Positions 53,595 to 64,000 of a stretch of 64,000 nucleotides of DNA are shown here, in pieces. Where the stretch lies: assembly GCA_963748015.1 (NCBI GenBank), contig CAVVHE010000004.1, forward strand, positions 1,280,001 to 1,344,000, in the 5' to 3' direction. The number at the start of each line of letters is the position of its first letter. Position 1 is the first letter of the stretch. The notes under the pieces were generated by a model. It worked only from the letters and a program-made list of their open reading frames with translations. It did no database searches and was not told the DNA's origin. A program made the translations under genes and the position numbers. This DNA is from Terriglobia bacterium (GTDB lineage: Bacteria > Acidobacteriota > Polarisedimenticolia > Polarisedimenticolales > JAIQFR01).

Positions 53595-55010
53595 TCAAGG
53601 CACGCGGTGCAATTCGGCGACCGCTTCGACGCTCGCCGTCTGCGGGAACAGGTCCACGGGGACGACGCGGCGGATCGCGTAGCCGCGGTCCACGAAGCGG
53701 CGCAGGTCCCGGCCGAGGGTCGGGGCGTCGCAGGAAACGAGGATGATTCGCGGCGACGCGAGCGCGACGATCGCGTCGGCGACGCCGGGGCCGAGGCCGG
53801 TGCGCGGCGGATCGGCCACCACGAGATCGGGCGGCCTGAGCGGGTCGGCCGGGGACCGGAGATAGGCGGCCACGTCGGAGGCGGCGAATTCGACCCCTTC
53901 GATCCCACCGGCCGCGACGGCCGCGCGGCCGCACTCGACTGCGCCGCGGTCCGCTTCGACGACCGTCGCCCGGGCGCCTTCGCGGGCAAGCGCGATGGCG
54001 AAGACGCCGACGCCGCCGTAGAGGTCGAGGACCCGGTTCGGGGAGGGAGTTGCCGCGGCGCCCATCACGACCTGCGCCAACCGCTCCGCTGCGCCGGTGT
54101 TGACCTGGAAGAACGTGGCCGCGGGTAGCCGGAACAGAGTCCCCGCGAGGGCCTCCTCGATCCACGGATCGCCTGCCAGCGTCTCCGTGGCGCTGCCTCC
54201 GCGGCGCCCCGGGCGCGCGAAGAGGCGGACGACACCGCCGACCTCGGGATGCCGGGACATGAGGTGTCGCGCGAACGGCACCGCCGACGGGAGCGGGCCG
54301 GGCCCGGTCCTCAACGCGACGAGGATCTTGCCGGTCGCCCTCGACTCCCTGATCACGACCCGTGGCGGATCCCCGCGATCGTCCAGGGCCGTCTCGCCCC
54401 GGCCCGGCCCGTGCAGGAAGAACTCGCGGGTCGATTCCAGAACCCGCCTCCCTCCCTCACCCTGCAGCAGGCACCTCTCGACGTCCACGATCCGGCCGCC
54501 CGACCCGGAGGGGTGGAAACCGAGCACCCTCCCATCCCCTTCCCGCCCGAAGGTCAGCTCCACCTTGTTCCGGTAGCCCAGATCGAGGTCCGAGGGAGCG
54601 GTTTCGCCGACCTCGACACCGCTCAGTTTCCCCACCCGCTCGATCGCCTCGACCACCAGCCGGCGCTTCCAGTCGCGCTGCTCTGCCTCGTCCAGGGTCA
54701 TCCACGGACACCCTCCGCAGGCTCCCTGGACGGGGCAAGGCGGGGGCCGGCGCGACGGAGAGCCCTCGAGCCGTTCGGTGACCCGGGCCTCGACGTGGCC
54801 CCGCCCCACCCGCTCCGCCTCCGCCCGGACGAGGTCGCCCGGCAGGGCCCCCTCGACCAGCCAGACGCGCCCGTCCACCCGGCCGATCCCCCGCCCTCCC
54901 GCCACGAGAGCCTCGATTCGAAGCTCGGCCCGAAGCGGCCCGGGAGAGACCGCTACATACTGGGCCTTTGGCGTTCGCCGGTCCAAGCTGTTGTATTTTT
55001 TGCTTGACAT
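53595..55010 (-). CDS. rlmD: 23S rRNA (uracil-5)-methyltransferase, RlmD/RumA family (true start uncertain, probably ~54950)
   Basis: TRAM domain, CPVQGACGGC, YRNK, FFQVN, LDLYGGVG, DPPRTG, VSCD, DLFPQT. Confidence 0.9.
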   Translation of the reverse strand: MSSKKYNSLDRRTPKAQYVAVSPGPLRAELRIEALVAGGRGIGRVDGRVWLVEGALPGDLVRAEAERVGRGHVEARVTERLEGSPSRRPPPCPVQGACGGCPWMTLDEAEQRDWKRRLVVEAIERVGKLSGVEVGETAPSDLDLGYRNKVELTFGREGDGRVLGFHPSGSGGRIVDVERCLLQGEGGRRVLESTREFFLHGPGRGETALDDRGDPPRVVIRESRATGKILVALRTGPGPLPSAVPFARHLMSRHPEVGGVVRLFARPGRRGGSATETLAGDPWIEEALAGTLFRLPAATFFQVNTGAAERLAQVVMGAAATPSPNRVLDLYGGVGVFAIALAREGARATVVEADRGAVECGRAAVAAGGIEGVEFAASDVAAYLRSPADPLRPPDLVVADPPRTGLGPGVADAIVALASPRIILVSCDAPTLGRDLRRFVDRGYAIRRVVPVDLFPQTASVEAVAELHRVP

Positions 55011-55033
55011 CGGTTGTCACCTCGGGGTAGGGT
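55004..55033 (+). promoter_or_regulatory. Sigma70-type promoter with AT-rich upstream element
   Basis: TTGACA(55004-55009)-N18-TAGGGT(55028-55033), preceded by ttgtattttttgc. Confidence 0.6.
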
Positions 55034-55039
55034 CACCGC

Positions 55040-55637
55040 ATGGGCGGGTAACATGTGGATGTGTACGGGTGGGATGGTCATGAGGTCGGATTCGCTTTGG
55101 AGGTCGGCCTTGCCGCCTCGGACGCTGCTCACTCTCCCCGGAGGACAGCGACCCAACCTCGACGCTTCCGAAGCCGGACCCTTGGGTCGGCTTCTCCCAC
55201 CTTTCGCCCTTGGCCCGGAACCGCTCCCGAGGCGGCCTGGCCGTGGGCTCATGCCAACCCACCGCTGGAGTCTCGACCCGTGCCTGGGAAGCTATTGTCC
55301 GGGGAGAGCGAGCAGCGTCTGAGGTTCCGGTCCCACAAGCCATCGAGTCGCCCTTCGTCGCCGCCGTGAGTGTGCCGGTGCCCCGCGAGGGGTCCGCGCT
55401 CGGGAATTCGATCACGCTCGAGTGAATTCTCTCCCCATTTTCCTCGGTTCGACGTAAATTCCCGACCCTGTCCCGCGGACGAAGATTTCGGGTCCGTCCG
55501 CTGCTGGGGATCCGGGGGGGTGCTAGCCCCGGCTGGCGGCGGGTTCGATAGGGCCCCGCGCAGCCCACCTCCCCCTTGGGGAGTGCGCGGTGCCGGCCTC
55601 GAGGGCGGTGGCTCACGCCACCGCCCTTCTTTTTTTT
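55040..55637 (+). ncRNA. Candidate large (~600 nt) structured non-coding RNA, family unrecognised
   Basis: Promoter-to-terminator unit with no credible ORF; 27-bp long-range stem 55116-55142/55298-55324 and many hairpins. Confidence 0.55.
55602..55637 (+). terminator. Rho-independent terminator
   Basis: agggcggtggc-tcac-gccaccgccct followed by tc and T8. Confidence 0.9.
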
Positions 55638-55673
55638 CAGCGCCGTCGTGCCGCCAAGACCCGGCCTCCGCGC

Positions 55674-55703
55674 TTGACCCGCTTCGGCGGCGGGCGCTAT
55701 CTT
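55674..55703 (+). promoter_or_regulatory. Putative promoter for nnr-tsaE
   Basis: TTGACC-N18-TATCTT downstream of terminator, ~50 nt before ATG 55752. Confidence 0.45.
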
Positions 55704-55751
55704 CCGGGCGGGCAACCTCTTCGCGCGATCCGGGCCAGGCGGGAGCGATCC

Positions 55752-57338
55752 ATGGAAATCCTCACGGGCGAGCAGATGCGCCGGGTGGACCGGAGGGCGA
55801 TCGACGCCCTCGGGATCCCGGGAATCCTGCTCATGGAGTCCGCCGGGCGCGGGATCGCCGAGGCGCTGCTCGCGGACTATCCCGACGCCCGTGGACGCGG
55901 TGTCCTGATCCTGTGCGGCAAGGGGAACAACGGCGGCGACGGCCTCGTCGCGGCCCGGTTCCTGGCGCGCGCCGGAACCGTCCCGCAGGTGATCCTTCTC
56001 GCCGACGGCGGAGAGCTCTCGGGCGACGCGGCCACCAACCTGAAGGCCGCGCGCGCGAGCGGGCTCGACGTCATCGAGGCGCCGGACGAGAAGGCCTGGG
56101 AACGTCAATCGTCGGTTCTTTCGCCGAGGGGCCCGGTCGTGCTCGACGCGATCCTGGGCACCGGCGCGCGCGGGGGCGCGCGGGGGCTTGCGGCCCGCGT
56201 GATCGCCGACCTGAACCGCTCCCGTGCGACGGTCGTGTCGGTGGACCTTCCCTCGGGGCTCGACGCCGACTCGGCCCTCGTGGAAGGGCCCGCGGTGCGG
56301 GCGGCACGGACCTACACGCTCTGCCGGCCGAAAGTCCCGCTCGCGATGGAGCCGGCCTCGCAGCTATGCGGCGCGTGGAGGGTCTTGCCGATAGGCATCC
56401 CGGACGCCGCCGTCGCCGCGGAGAAGCCCGGCCTCGAGTGGCTGGACGCGGCCGCGGTCCGCGGCCTCCTTCCCGCGCGGGACGCGGGCGCGCACAAGGG
56501 GACCTACGGCCACCTGCTCGCGGTGGCCGGCGCTCGAGGGAAAGCGGGCGCGGCGGTGCTCGTCGCGCGCGCGGCCCTGCGTTCGGGCGTCGGGCTCGTG
56601 ACCGCCGCCACGCCTGCGTCGACTCTCCCCGTCGTCGCGGCGCAGCAGGCGGAGGTGATGACGGAGCCGCTCGACGAGACCGCCTCGGGTACCGTCGCGG
56701 CGTCGGCCGGCGCGCGAGTCCTGGAGCTGCTCGCCACGCGGGATGCCCTGGCGATCGGTCCCGGCCTGGGGACCGAAGCGCCGACGCGGGAGATGGTCGC
56801 GTCCGTGCTGGCGCGGCGGGCGTGTCCCGCCGTCGTGGACGCGGACGCGCTGAACTCGCTGGCCGCCGGCGGCGAAGAGGCGTTCCGCGCCGCCCTATCC
56901 GCGAAGGCGCCCTGGGTGCTGACGCCCCATCCGGGCGAGGCGGCTCGCCTGCTCGGCTCGAGCGTCGGCGCGATCCAGTCCGAACGGCTTTCCGCCGCGC
57001 GGCGCCTCGCCGCGGCGTCCGGCGCCGTGGTCGTCCTGAAAGGCCACCGGACGGTCATCGCGGCGCCCGGGGGCGACGCATCCATCAACGCCAGCGGAAA
57101 CCCCGGCATGGCCACCGCAGGCTCCGGGGACGTCCTCACCGGAATCCTCGGCGCCCTGCTCGCCCGCGGGCTCGACCCGCTGGTCGCGAGCCGGATCGCG
57201 GTCTTCGCCCACGGGGACGCCGGCGACCGGGCCGCGGCGCGGCAGGGTCAAGAAGGGATGATCGCGGCCGATCTTCTCGACGAGCTGCCCGAGGCGCTCG
57301 TCGCGATCGGCGGCGCGGGGGACGTGAAGACGTGGTGA
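55752..57338 (+). CDS. nnr: Bifunctional NAD(P)HX epimerase/dehydratase (YjeF)
   Basis: LMESAG, CGKGNNGGDG, DAILGTG, DLPSG, HKGTYG, GPGLG, DADAL, TPHPGE, AGSGDVLTG. Confidence 0.96.
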   Translation: MEILTGEQMRRVDRRAIDALGIPGILLMESAGRGIAEALLADYPDARGRGVLILCGKGNNGGDGLVAARFLARAGTVPQVILLADGGELSGDAATNLKAARASGLDVIEAPDEKAWERQSSVLSPRGPVVLDAILGTGARGGARGLAARVIADLNRSRATVVSVDLPSGLDADSALVEGPAVRAARTYTLCRPKVPLAMEPASQLCGAWRVLPIGIPDAAVAAEKPGLEWLDAAAVRGLLPARDAGAHKGTYGHLLAVAGARGKAGAAVLVARAALRSGVGLVTAATPASTLPVVAAQQAEVMTEPLDETASGTVAASAGARVLELLATRDALAIGPGLGTEAPTREMVASVLARRACPAVVDADALNSLAAGGEEAFRAALSAKAPWVLTPHPGEAARLLGSSVGAIQSERLSAARRLAAASGAVVVLKGHRTVIAAPGGDASINASGNPGMATAGSGDVLTGILGALLARGLDPLVASRIAVFAHGDAGDRAAARQGQEGMIAADLLDELPEALVAIGGAGDVKTW

Positions 57339-57862
57339 CGACGCGACGCTCCAAGCAGACGGCCGGGCCGGCTGCGGCCGCTCCGGGAAAAGCGAGCCCG
57401 GCGGGGCCGCGGACCACCTTCTCTCTGAGCGAGGACGAGACCTACGAGCTCGGGCGGGCGATGGGGCGGAGCCTCCGCGGCGGCGAGTTGATCCTCCTCG
57501 AGGGGGATCTCGGACTCGGCAAGACCGTTTTCGCGCGCGGCGTCGCCGCGGGGCTCGGGGTGAAGCCCGAAGATGTCTCCTCCCCCTCCTTCACGCTGGT
57601 GCAGGAGTACAAGGGAGGGCGGCAGCCGATGTTCCACGTGGACCTCTACCGGCTGGACGACCCCGACGAGGTCGGCACGCTCGGCCTCGAGGACATTCTC
57701 TCGAGCGGGGGCGTGGTGCTGGTCGAGTGGGGCGACAAGCTGCCGCCCTATCTCCGGCGCGACGCCGTCACCGTGCGGTTCCACGACGTCGGAGAGGGCT
57801 CCCGCCAGATCGAGATCGAGGCCGGCCAGAAGCCCTCGGCGCGCCCGCGGGGCGACGCCTAG
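57335..57862 (+). CDS. tsaE: tRNA threonylcarbamoyladenosine biosynthesis ATPase
   Basis: GDLGLGKT, SPSFTLVQEY, HVDLYRL, VEWG; follows nnr. Confidence 0.95.
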   Translation: MTTRRSKQTAGPAAAAPGKASPAGPRTTFSLSEDETYELGRAMGRSLRGGELILLEGDLGLGKTVFARGVAAGLGVKPEDVSSPSFTLVQEYKGGRQPMFHVDLYRLDDPDEVGTLGLEDILSSGGVVLVEWGDKLPPYLRRDAVTVRFHDVGEGSRQIEIEAGQKPSARPRGDA

Positions 57863-58629
57863 GGTCTGGGCTTTCCCAGCGAAGCGACCGTCTCCCGGAT
57901 CCGCGCCCGCGTCGCCTCGCTGAACCAGGCATCCAGGAACTCGCCCACCAGCGCCGCCTCCCTGGCGCTCATCGCGGCGAGCGTGTCCGCGCGGAGGTAA
58001 CGCTTCGTCGTCCCGAACGCGACCGGGTCCTTCTCGGCGAACTCGGCCAGGCGGGCGAGGCAGGCGGCCTCGAAGCCGTCCTGCGGCGCCAGCTCGTGCA
58101 CGAGTCCCGCGGCGAGGGCTTCGTCGTCGGAGAAGTTCCGGCCGAGGAGCCCGACCTCGGCGACGTGCTGGGGAGGCACCGATGCGCGGAGCAGGAGCGC
58201 CACCGACCACGGGAGCGGAACGCCGACGCGGACCTCGTTGAGGCCGATCGCGACCCCGCCTCGGCGCAGGATCCTGTAGTCGGCGGTCAGCGCGAGCACG
58301 CACCCGCCCGCGACCGCGTGCCCGGAGAGGGCGGCGACGACCGGCTTCGGCATCGCGTACAGGGCGTGGATCATCGCGGCGAACTTCAGCAGGAAGCGCC
58401 GCATCGAATCGCGGTCGTACTCGAGCAGGCCGACGAGGTCGAGGCCGGGGCAGAACAGCCTGGGATGGGCCGAAGCCAGGAGCACTCCGCGCACCGACGC
58501 GTCGGCCGCGAGCGCGCGGCACTCGGCCGCCAGGTCGTCCGCCAGCGGCTCGTCGATCGCGTTGCCGCGCCCCTTGTCGAGGCGCGCGATCGCGAGGCCG
58601 CCCGATCTTTCGATGACCAGAGTGCTCAT
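57859..58629 (-). CDS. Enoyl-CoA hydratase/isomerase family protein
   Basis: NAI, FCPGLDL, PKPVVAALSGHAVAGG..L..DYR, GLNEV. Confidence 0.92.
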   Translation of the reverse strand: MSTLVIERSGGLAIARLDKGRGNAIDEPLADDLAAECRALAADASVRGVLLASAHPRLFCPGLDLVGLLEYDRDSMRRFLLKFAAMIHALYAMPKPVVAALSGHAVAGGCVLALTADYRILRRGGVAIGLNEVRVGVPLPWSVALLLRASVPPQHVAEVGLLGRNFSDDEALAAGLVHELAPQDGFEAACLARLAEFAEKDPVAFGTTKRYLRADTLAAMSAREAALVGEFLDAWFSEATRARIRETVASLGKPRP

Positions 58630-58663
58630 GGCGCCGAGGCTCCCCGCGGCCGTCCCGTCGCGA

Positions 58664-60181
<1,518 letters not shown>

Positions 60182-60228
60182 CTAGCACCCTGGCGAATCG
60201 GGGTCAGATTCCCCGGTTGCCCGCTCGA

Positions 60229-61272
60229 TCAGCGCTTCGCTCCGCAGCCGGGGCAGAACTTGGCGCTGGACGGGAGGGCGGCGCCGCACCCGGAGCAGTA
60301 GGCCGCGGTGAGCTTGGCTCCGCAGCCGGGGCAGAACTTGGCCCCCGCCGGGAAGGCGGCGCCGCAGGCCGAGCAGGTCCCGGCGGCCGCCGCGGCCGCC
60401 GGCGCCGCGGGGGTCGCCTCTCCCTTCGCGGCCTGCTGCACCATGCCGGGGATCATCATCCCGAGCCCCGCGCCGACCCCCAAGCCGAGACCGGCGGCAG
60501 CGCCACCCGCGGCCGCGCCGCCGGCCTGGGAGGCCGCGGCGTCGCCCATCGCGCGCGCCGCCTTGAAGCGGAGGTAGGCGTTGGGGTCGCCCGCCGCCGC
60601 CATGCCCGCGCGGTCGTCGATGACCTTCTGGACGTCCTCGGGCGGGGTGATCGCGTTGATGAAGAAATCGGCCAGCTCGAGGCCGTACTTCGCGAAGTCC
60701 CCGGCCACGCGCCCCTTGAGGGCCTCCGCCAGCTCGTCGTAGTGCTGCGGGAGGTCGAGCACGGTCTTGAGCGTCTCGCCGAGCACGTCGTTGAGGCGCG
60801 CGACGATCAGGTCTCGCAGGTACGCCTCGATGTCCTCGGTGGCGAACGACCCCATGCTCCCGACGATCTGGTTCACGAAGATCTGCGCGGCCACGACGCG
60901 GGACGCGAAGACCCCGTGCGCCCGGAGACGCACCATCGCGAGCTCGGAGTCCCGGAACGCGACCGGGTCCTTGGTCCCCCATTTCAGGTCGGTGAACACC
61001 TTGCGGCTCACGAAGTACACGTCGGCGCGGAACGGCGAGGTCCCGCCGAACGGCGCCCCGATCAGACGGCCCAGGAGCGGCACGTTCGCCGTGGTCAGCG
61101 TGTGCCGCCCGGTCGTGAACGTGTCGAGCGCCCGCCCGTCCCGGAAGAAGACCGCCCACTGGTTCTCGAGCACCACGAGTTGCGCGCCGAGCTTCAGCTC
61201 GCCGCCGGGCTCGAAGCGGTGCACCATCTCCTGCCCCGTCTCGTCCTTCCACTCGATGACTTGGATGGCCAT
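60229..61272 (-). CDS. SPFH (YdjI-like) domain protein with C-terminal double zinc ribbon
   Basis: [24 protein letters not shown]-terminal CSACG..FCPGCG..CSGCG..FCPGCG. Confidence 0.88.
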   Translation of the reverse strand: MAIQVIEWKDETGQEMVHRFEPGGELKLGAQLVVLENQWAVFFRDGRALDTFTTGRHTLTTANVPLLGRLIGAPFGGTSPFRADVYFVSRKVFTDLKWGTKDPVAFRDSELAMVRLRAHGVFASRVVAAQIFVNQIVGSMGSFATEDIEAYLRDLIVARLNDVLGETLKTVLDLPQHYDELAEALKGRVAGDFAKYGLELADFFINAITPPEDVQKVIDDRAGMAAAGDPNAYLRFKAARAMGDAAASQAGGAAAGGAAAGLGLGVGAGLGMMIPGMVQQAAKGEATPAAPAAAAAAGTCSACGAAFPAGAKFCPGCGAKLTAAYCSGCGAALPSSAKFCPGCGAKR

Positions 61273-61292
61273 GTCGAATTCTCCCGGCCCCG

Positions 61293-61787
61293 TCAGACGG
61301 TGGGCGAGTTGAAGAGGTCACGGCGCCTCGACACCTTCTCGTCGAGATCCGCCGCGCGCCGCTCGAGCGCCTCGATCGCCGCGCCATCGGGCTTCCCCGC
61401 CCCCGCCGCGCGAAGCGCCTCCGCGATTCCGTGCACCTCGGCGAGAAGCGCCTCGTCGTAGGCGTAGAGCCTGTCCAGCTCCGCCTCGCCGATCTTCACC
61501 TGGTCGAAGAACCCGCTGTAGCCGGCATCCGCGTAGCGGAGCGCCGCGACGGTCTTCTGGAGCGAGCGGTCGAGCCGCCCCACCGCGTCGAGCGGCGCCA
61601 GGTCCTTCGCCGCAAGCGCCGAGCGCCGGACGGCGTCGAGTCCCGCGCGCCCCTCGTCGAGCCGCCGCGCGAGGTACTCGCGCAGTCTCCGGTCGGTCTC
61701 CCGGCGCCCCTCCCGGTCGCGGTACCCCTGCACGCCGGGAATCTTCTCGGCGAGTTTCTCGAGGAAGTTCTTCTCGGAAGAAGGCAT
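61293..61787 (-). CDS. Conserved hypothetical helical protein
   Basis: [28 protein letters not shown]...LD.LY.YD; host-like codon usage; upstream TTGGAT-N17-TAGATT. Confidence 0.7.
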   Translation of the reverse strand: MPSSEKNFLEKLAEKIPGVQGYRDREGRRETDRRLREYLARRLDEGRAGLDAVRRSALAAKDLAPLDAVGRLDRSLQKTVAALRYADAGYSGFFDQVKIGEAELDRLYAYDEALLAEVHGIAEALRAAGAGKPDGAAIEALERRAADLDEKVSRRRDLFNSPTV

Positions 61788-61901
61788 CGGCAAGGCGCAC
61801 CTCCCTGGGGCCGCCCGGGGCGACCGAGGAGAGAATCTAGTCCCGTTGAGCGGAAAATCCAAGACTCGGAGGGCGCTGCCGCCGTCGACCCGCGCGCGGA
61901 C

Positions 61902-64000
61902 CTATCTCCTGTCGTGCGGCACGCGGACGGCGCCGCTCGAGGTCGCCGCGTTGCCGGCGGCGTCCACGGCCCGGTACCGCAGCACGTAGGTCCGCCCGGG
62001 ACCGCTCCCGTCGCGCTCGGCCCGCAGGAGCACGTCGAAGTCGGGTGTGCCTACGGCGGCTCCCCGGATGTCGCCGGTGGTCTTCCCATCCCCTCCTCCG
62101 GGCGCGTCGTCGGGCTCGCTCGACGAGGAGGACAGCAGGAGAACCTCCGGCGCCGGGTCGCACGCATCGGCGGCGCGCACGGAGAAGCGAACGGGAGCAA
62201 GCCGGTGATCCGGCGGCCAGAGCTCGGCGGGACTCGCCTGCACGGTGACGACGGGAGGCGCGGTGTCCGCGACCGTGACCGACGTCTCGCACGTCGCGAC
62301 ATTCCCCGCGCGGTCGGTCACCGTGAGCGTCAGACGGTGGGACCCGAGGCCGAGAAGGACCGAGACGCGCGCGCCCACGGCCAGCGGCGCGCCCCCCTCG
62401 GACCACAGGAAGGAGACGATGTCGTCGTTCGTTCCGGGGGTCGAGTCGGGATCGGTGCTGAGGGAGCCGTCGAGCAAGGCGGTCGCCTGCCGCGCCGCCT
62501 CGCACTCGAGGACCTGGTCGGGACCCGCGATCGCGACCGGCGGCCTGTTCCCGCAGCCATCGGAGTGGATCGCCGTGACCGCGTCGATCCCGGCGCCGGC
62601 GCTCGGACCCGGCGATCCATCTCCCGCCCGGACGGAGGAAATCCTGACGTAACCCGCGAGATCGAGGCCGGCTTGCGTGAGGTCGAGCTGGCATTCGCCC
62701 GCCGGGCACTCGCGCAGGAAGAGGTACTCGGCGCCGTCCGTGCTCGCCTCCACGCGATAGCCTCCCGCCGCGGTCTCGCCGCCGTCCATCGTCGCGTGGA
62801 CGACGAGGTCGGCTCCCGCTCCGCTCCGGACCGGCGGGTCCACGAACAGCACGAGCCCGCCCGGAAGACCCAGCGAGACGGCCCTGCCGTCGGGGGGGCC
62901 CAGGGCATCGGCGGCCGACGCGCCGCCCCCGTCCCCGGGCTCGAACCGGATCACGCGAGCGGCGTGCGCGCACCCCGGGATTGCGCCGTACTCCCACGTG
63001 TCGGCCAGAAACTCGCCGCCGAAGCCTCCGACGATCACCACGCGACCGCGCGCGGTGTCGTAGGTCATCGCGTGGTCGAGACGCGCGCGCGCGCTCGTGG
63101 CGGGCCTCGCCTGCTCCCACGCGAGCCCATCCCACTCCCAGGTGTCGCCCGCCGGGCAGCCGGAGAAGCCGCACCCGCCGAAGAGCACCATGCGTCCGCG
63201 CGCGGCGTCGTACGCCAGACCGTGATCGGAGCGCGCCGGCGGTTCCGCGGCGAGAGGTGCCTGCAGCCACTCGCGGCCGTCCCATTCCCAGGTGTCGGAG
63301 TAGAACGAAAGGGCGTCGAGGCCGCCGAAGAGCACCGTGCGCCCCCGCGTGCCGTCGTAGGCCATCGCGTGGTATGCGCGGGCCACCGGACTCGCCGCGG
63401 GGGCCGCCTCGACCCAGGCGCTCCCGTCCCATTCCCACGTGTCGCCGAGGTACGAGAACCCGTCGGATCCCGCGAAGAGCACCACGCGCCCGCGCGCCCC
63501 GTCGTACGCCATGGCGTGCGCGAAGCGGGCGGGCGGGCCCGCCGCGGGGGTCCGCTCCGTCCACGAGGTCCCGTCCCACTCCCACGTGTCCGCGACCGGA
63601 CCCGATCGCCCGTACCCTCCGAACAGCACGACCCGTCCGCGCGCCGCGTCGTACGCCATGGCGTGGAAGACGCGGGGCGGCGGAGACGTTGCCGGGGTCC
63701 TCTCCCTCCACGCGCTCCCGTCCCACTCCCAGGTGTCCCCGAGAAACGCGAACCCCGCGTAGCCGCCGAAGATCACGACGCGCCCGCGCGCGGCGTCGTA
63801 GGCCGCCGCGTGGTCGGAGCGCGGGGGCGGACTCGCGGCCGGCGTCCTCTCGACCCACGCGCCGTCGAGCCACTCCCAGGTGTCGTCGAGAGGAGCGCGC
63901 CCCGAAAAACCGCCGAAGAGCACGACGCGCTCGGTCGCCGCGTCGTACGCCATGGCGTGGCCGAGGCGCGGCGCGGGCCCGTCGAAGGTCGCCCTCTCGA
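61902..64000 (-). CDS. Kelch-repeat beta-propeller protein with C-terminal PKD/HYR-like Ig domains (5' end outside window)
   Basis: At least 7 ~49-aa repeats AMAYD..RGRVVLFGG...DTWEWDG..W; NRPPVAIAGPD..LDGS.S.DPD, DTAPP, LWPPDH; frame open to window end. Confidence 0.88.
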   Translation of the reverse strand, partial: ERATFDGPAPRLGHAMAYDAATERVVLFGGFSGRAPLDDTWEWLDGAWVERTPAASPPPRSDHAAAYDAARGRVVIFGGYAGFAFLGDTWEWDGSAWRERTPATSPPPRVFHAMAYDAARGRVVLFGGYGRSGPVADTWEWDGTSWTERTPAAGPPARFAHAMAYDGARGRVVLFAGSDGFSYLGDTWEWDGSAWVEAAPAASPVARAYHAMAYDGTRGRTVLFGGLDALSFYSDTWEWDGREWLQAPLAAEPPARSDHGLAYDAARGRMVLFGGCGFSGCPAGDTWEWDGLAWEQARPATSARARLDHAMTYDTARGRVVIVGGFGGEFLADTWEYGAIPGCAHAARVIRFEPGDGGGASAADALGPPDGRAVSLGLPGGLVLFVDPPVRSGAGADLVVHATMDGGETAAGGYRVEASTDGAEYLFLRECPAGECQLDLTQAGLDLAGYVRISSVRAGDGSPGPSAGAGIDAVTAIHSDGCGNRPPVAIAGPDQVLECEAARQATALLDGSLSTDPDSTPGTNDDIVSFLWSEGGAPLAVGARVSVLLGLGSHRLTLTVTDRAGNVATCETSVTVADTAPPVVTVQASPAELWPPDHRLAPVRFSVRAADACDPAPEVLLLSSSSSEPDDAPGGGDGKTTGDIRGAAVGTPDFDVLLRAERDGSGPGRTYVLRYRAVDAAGNAATSSGAVRVPHDRR

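Noticed and set aside
54950..55010. N-terminal extension MSSKKYNS... of RlmD
   Set aside because: AT-rich and overlaps promoter-like elements; probably non-coding, though no clear alternative start codon was found.
55014..55425. Small ORFs (71-104 aa) in the rlmD-nnr intergenic region
   Set aside because: No SD, third-position GC bias unlike host genes and no recognisable motifs; long-range pairing explains the region better.
55040..55637. RNase P RNA, tmRNA, SRP, 6S, T-box or retron msr-msd identity
   Set aside because: Signature sequences not found on either strand, length and branching do not fit 6S, and there is no reverse transcriptase nearby; an Rfam search is still needed.
62990..64000. 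~147-nt periodic DNA repeats as a non-coding array
   Set aside because: They are in-frame Kelch protein repeats.

Overview
High-GC, gene-dense bacterial chromosome segment from a diderm organism (lpxH, MlaEFD and outer-membrane proteins present). Gene content is reminiscent of Acidobacteriota or a similar lineage (inference only). Positions 1-16.2 kb (minus strand) hold a Wzx/Wzy-type surface-polysaccharide locus: nucleotide-sugar dehydrogenases/epimerases, ManC, O-antigen-ligase-family protein, WecB, TPR protein, GNAT, flippase, polymerase, deacetylase, WecA-like initiator and a truncated beta-barrel gene. Next come MlaEFD, PlsC, a tRNA nucleotidyltransferase, an oxidoreductase, an operon (1050-aa OM protein, PNP, SGNH-like protein, MBOAT), a DUF62 SAM adenosyltransferase, a NYN nuclease and an APC permease. 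A housekeeping stretch follows (lpxH, tgt, queA, nfo, EF-G paralog, asnS, rimO, pgpA, ribF, tmk, holB, rlmD, nnr, tsaE, guaB), then an SPFH protein and a partial Kelch-repeat protein. I saw no rRNA, tRNA, CRISPR array, transposase or integrase. The most striking unexplained signal is a ~600-nt, heavily base-paired unit with no credible ORF between rlmD and nnr. It has its own TTGACA promoter and U8 terminator and is a candidate large ncRNA matching no motif I recognise. Other highlights: a secreted protein fusing a catalytically degenerate glycoside-hydrolase barrel, a LolA-like domain and a beta-barrel; a NYN RNase gene bracketed by RNA structures; a loop-deleted CC-adding-type nucleotidyltransferase; a DUF62 enzyme lacking its triad His; and three single-base frameshifts in short homopolymers (likely assembly errors, one possibly phase-variable). 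Starts were chosen by eye and most long GC-rich shadow ORFs in the supplied track were rejected.
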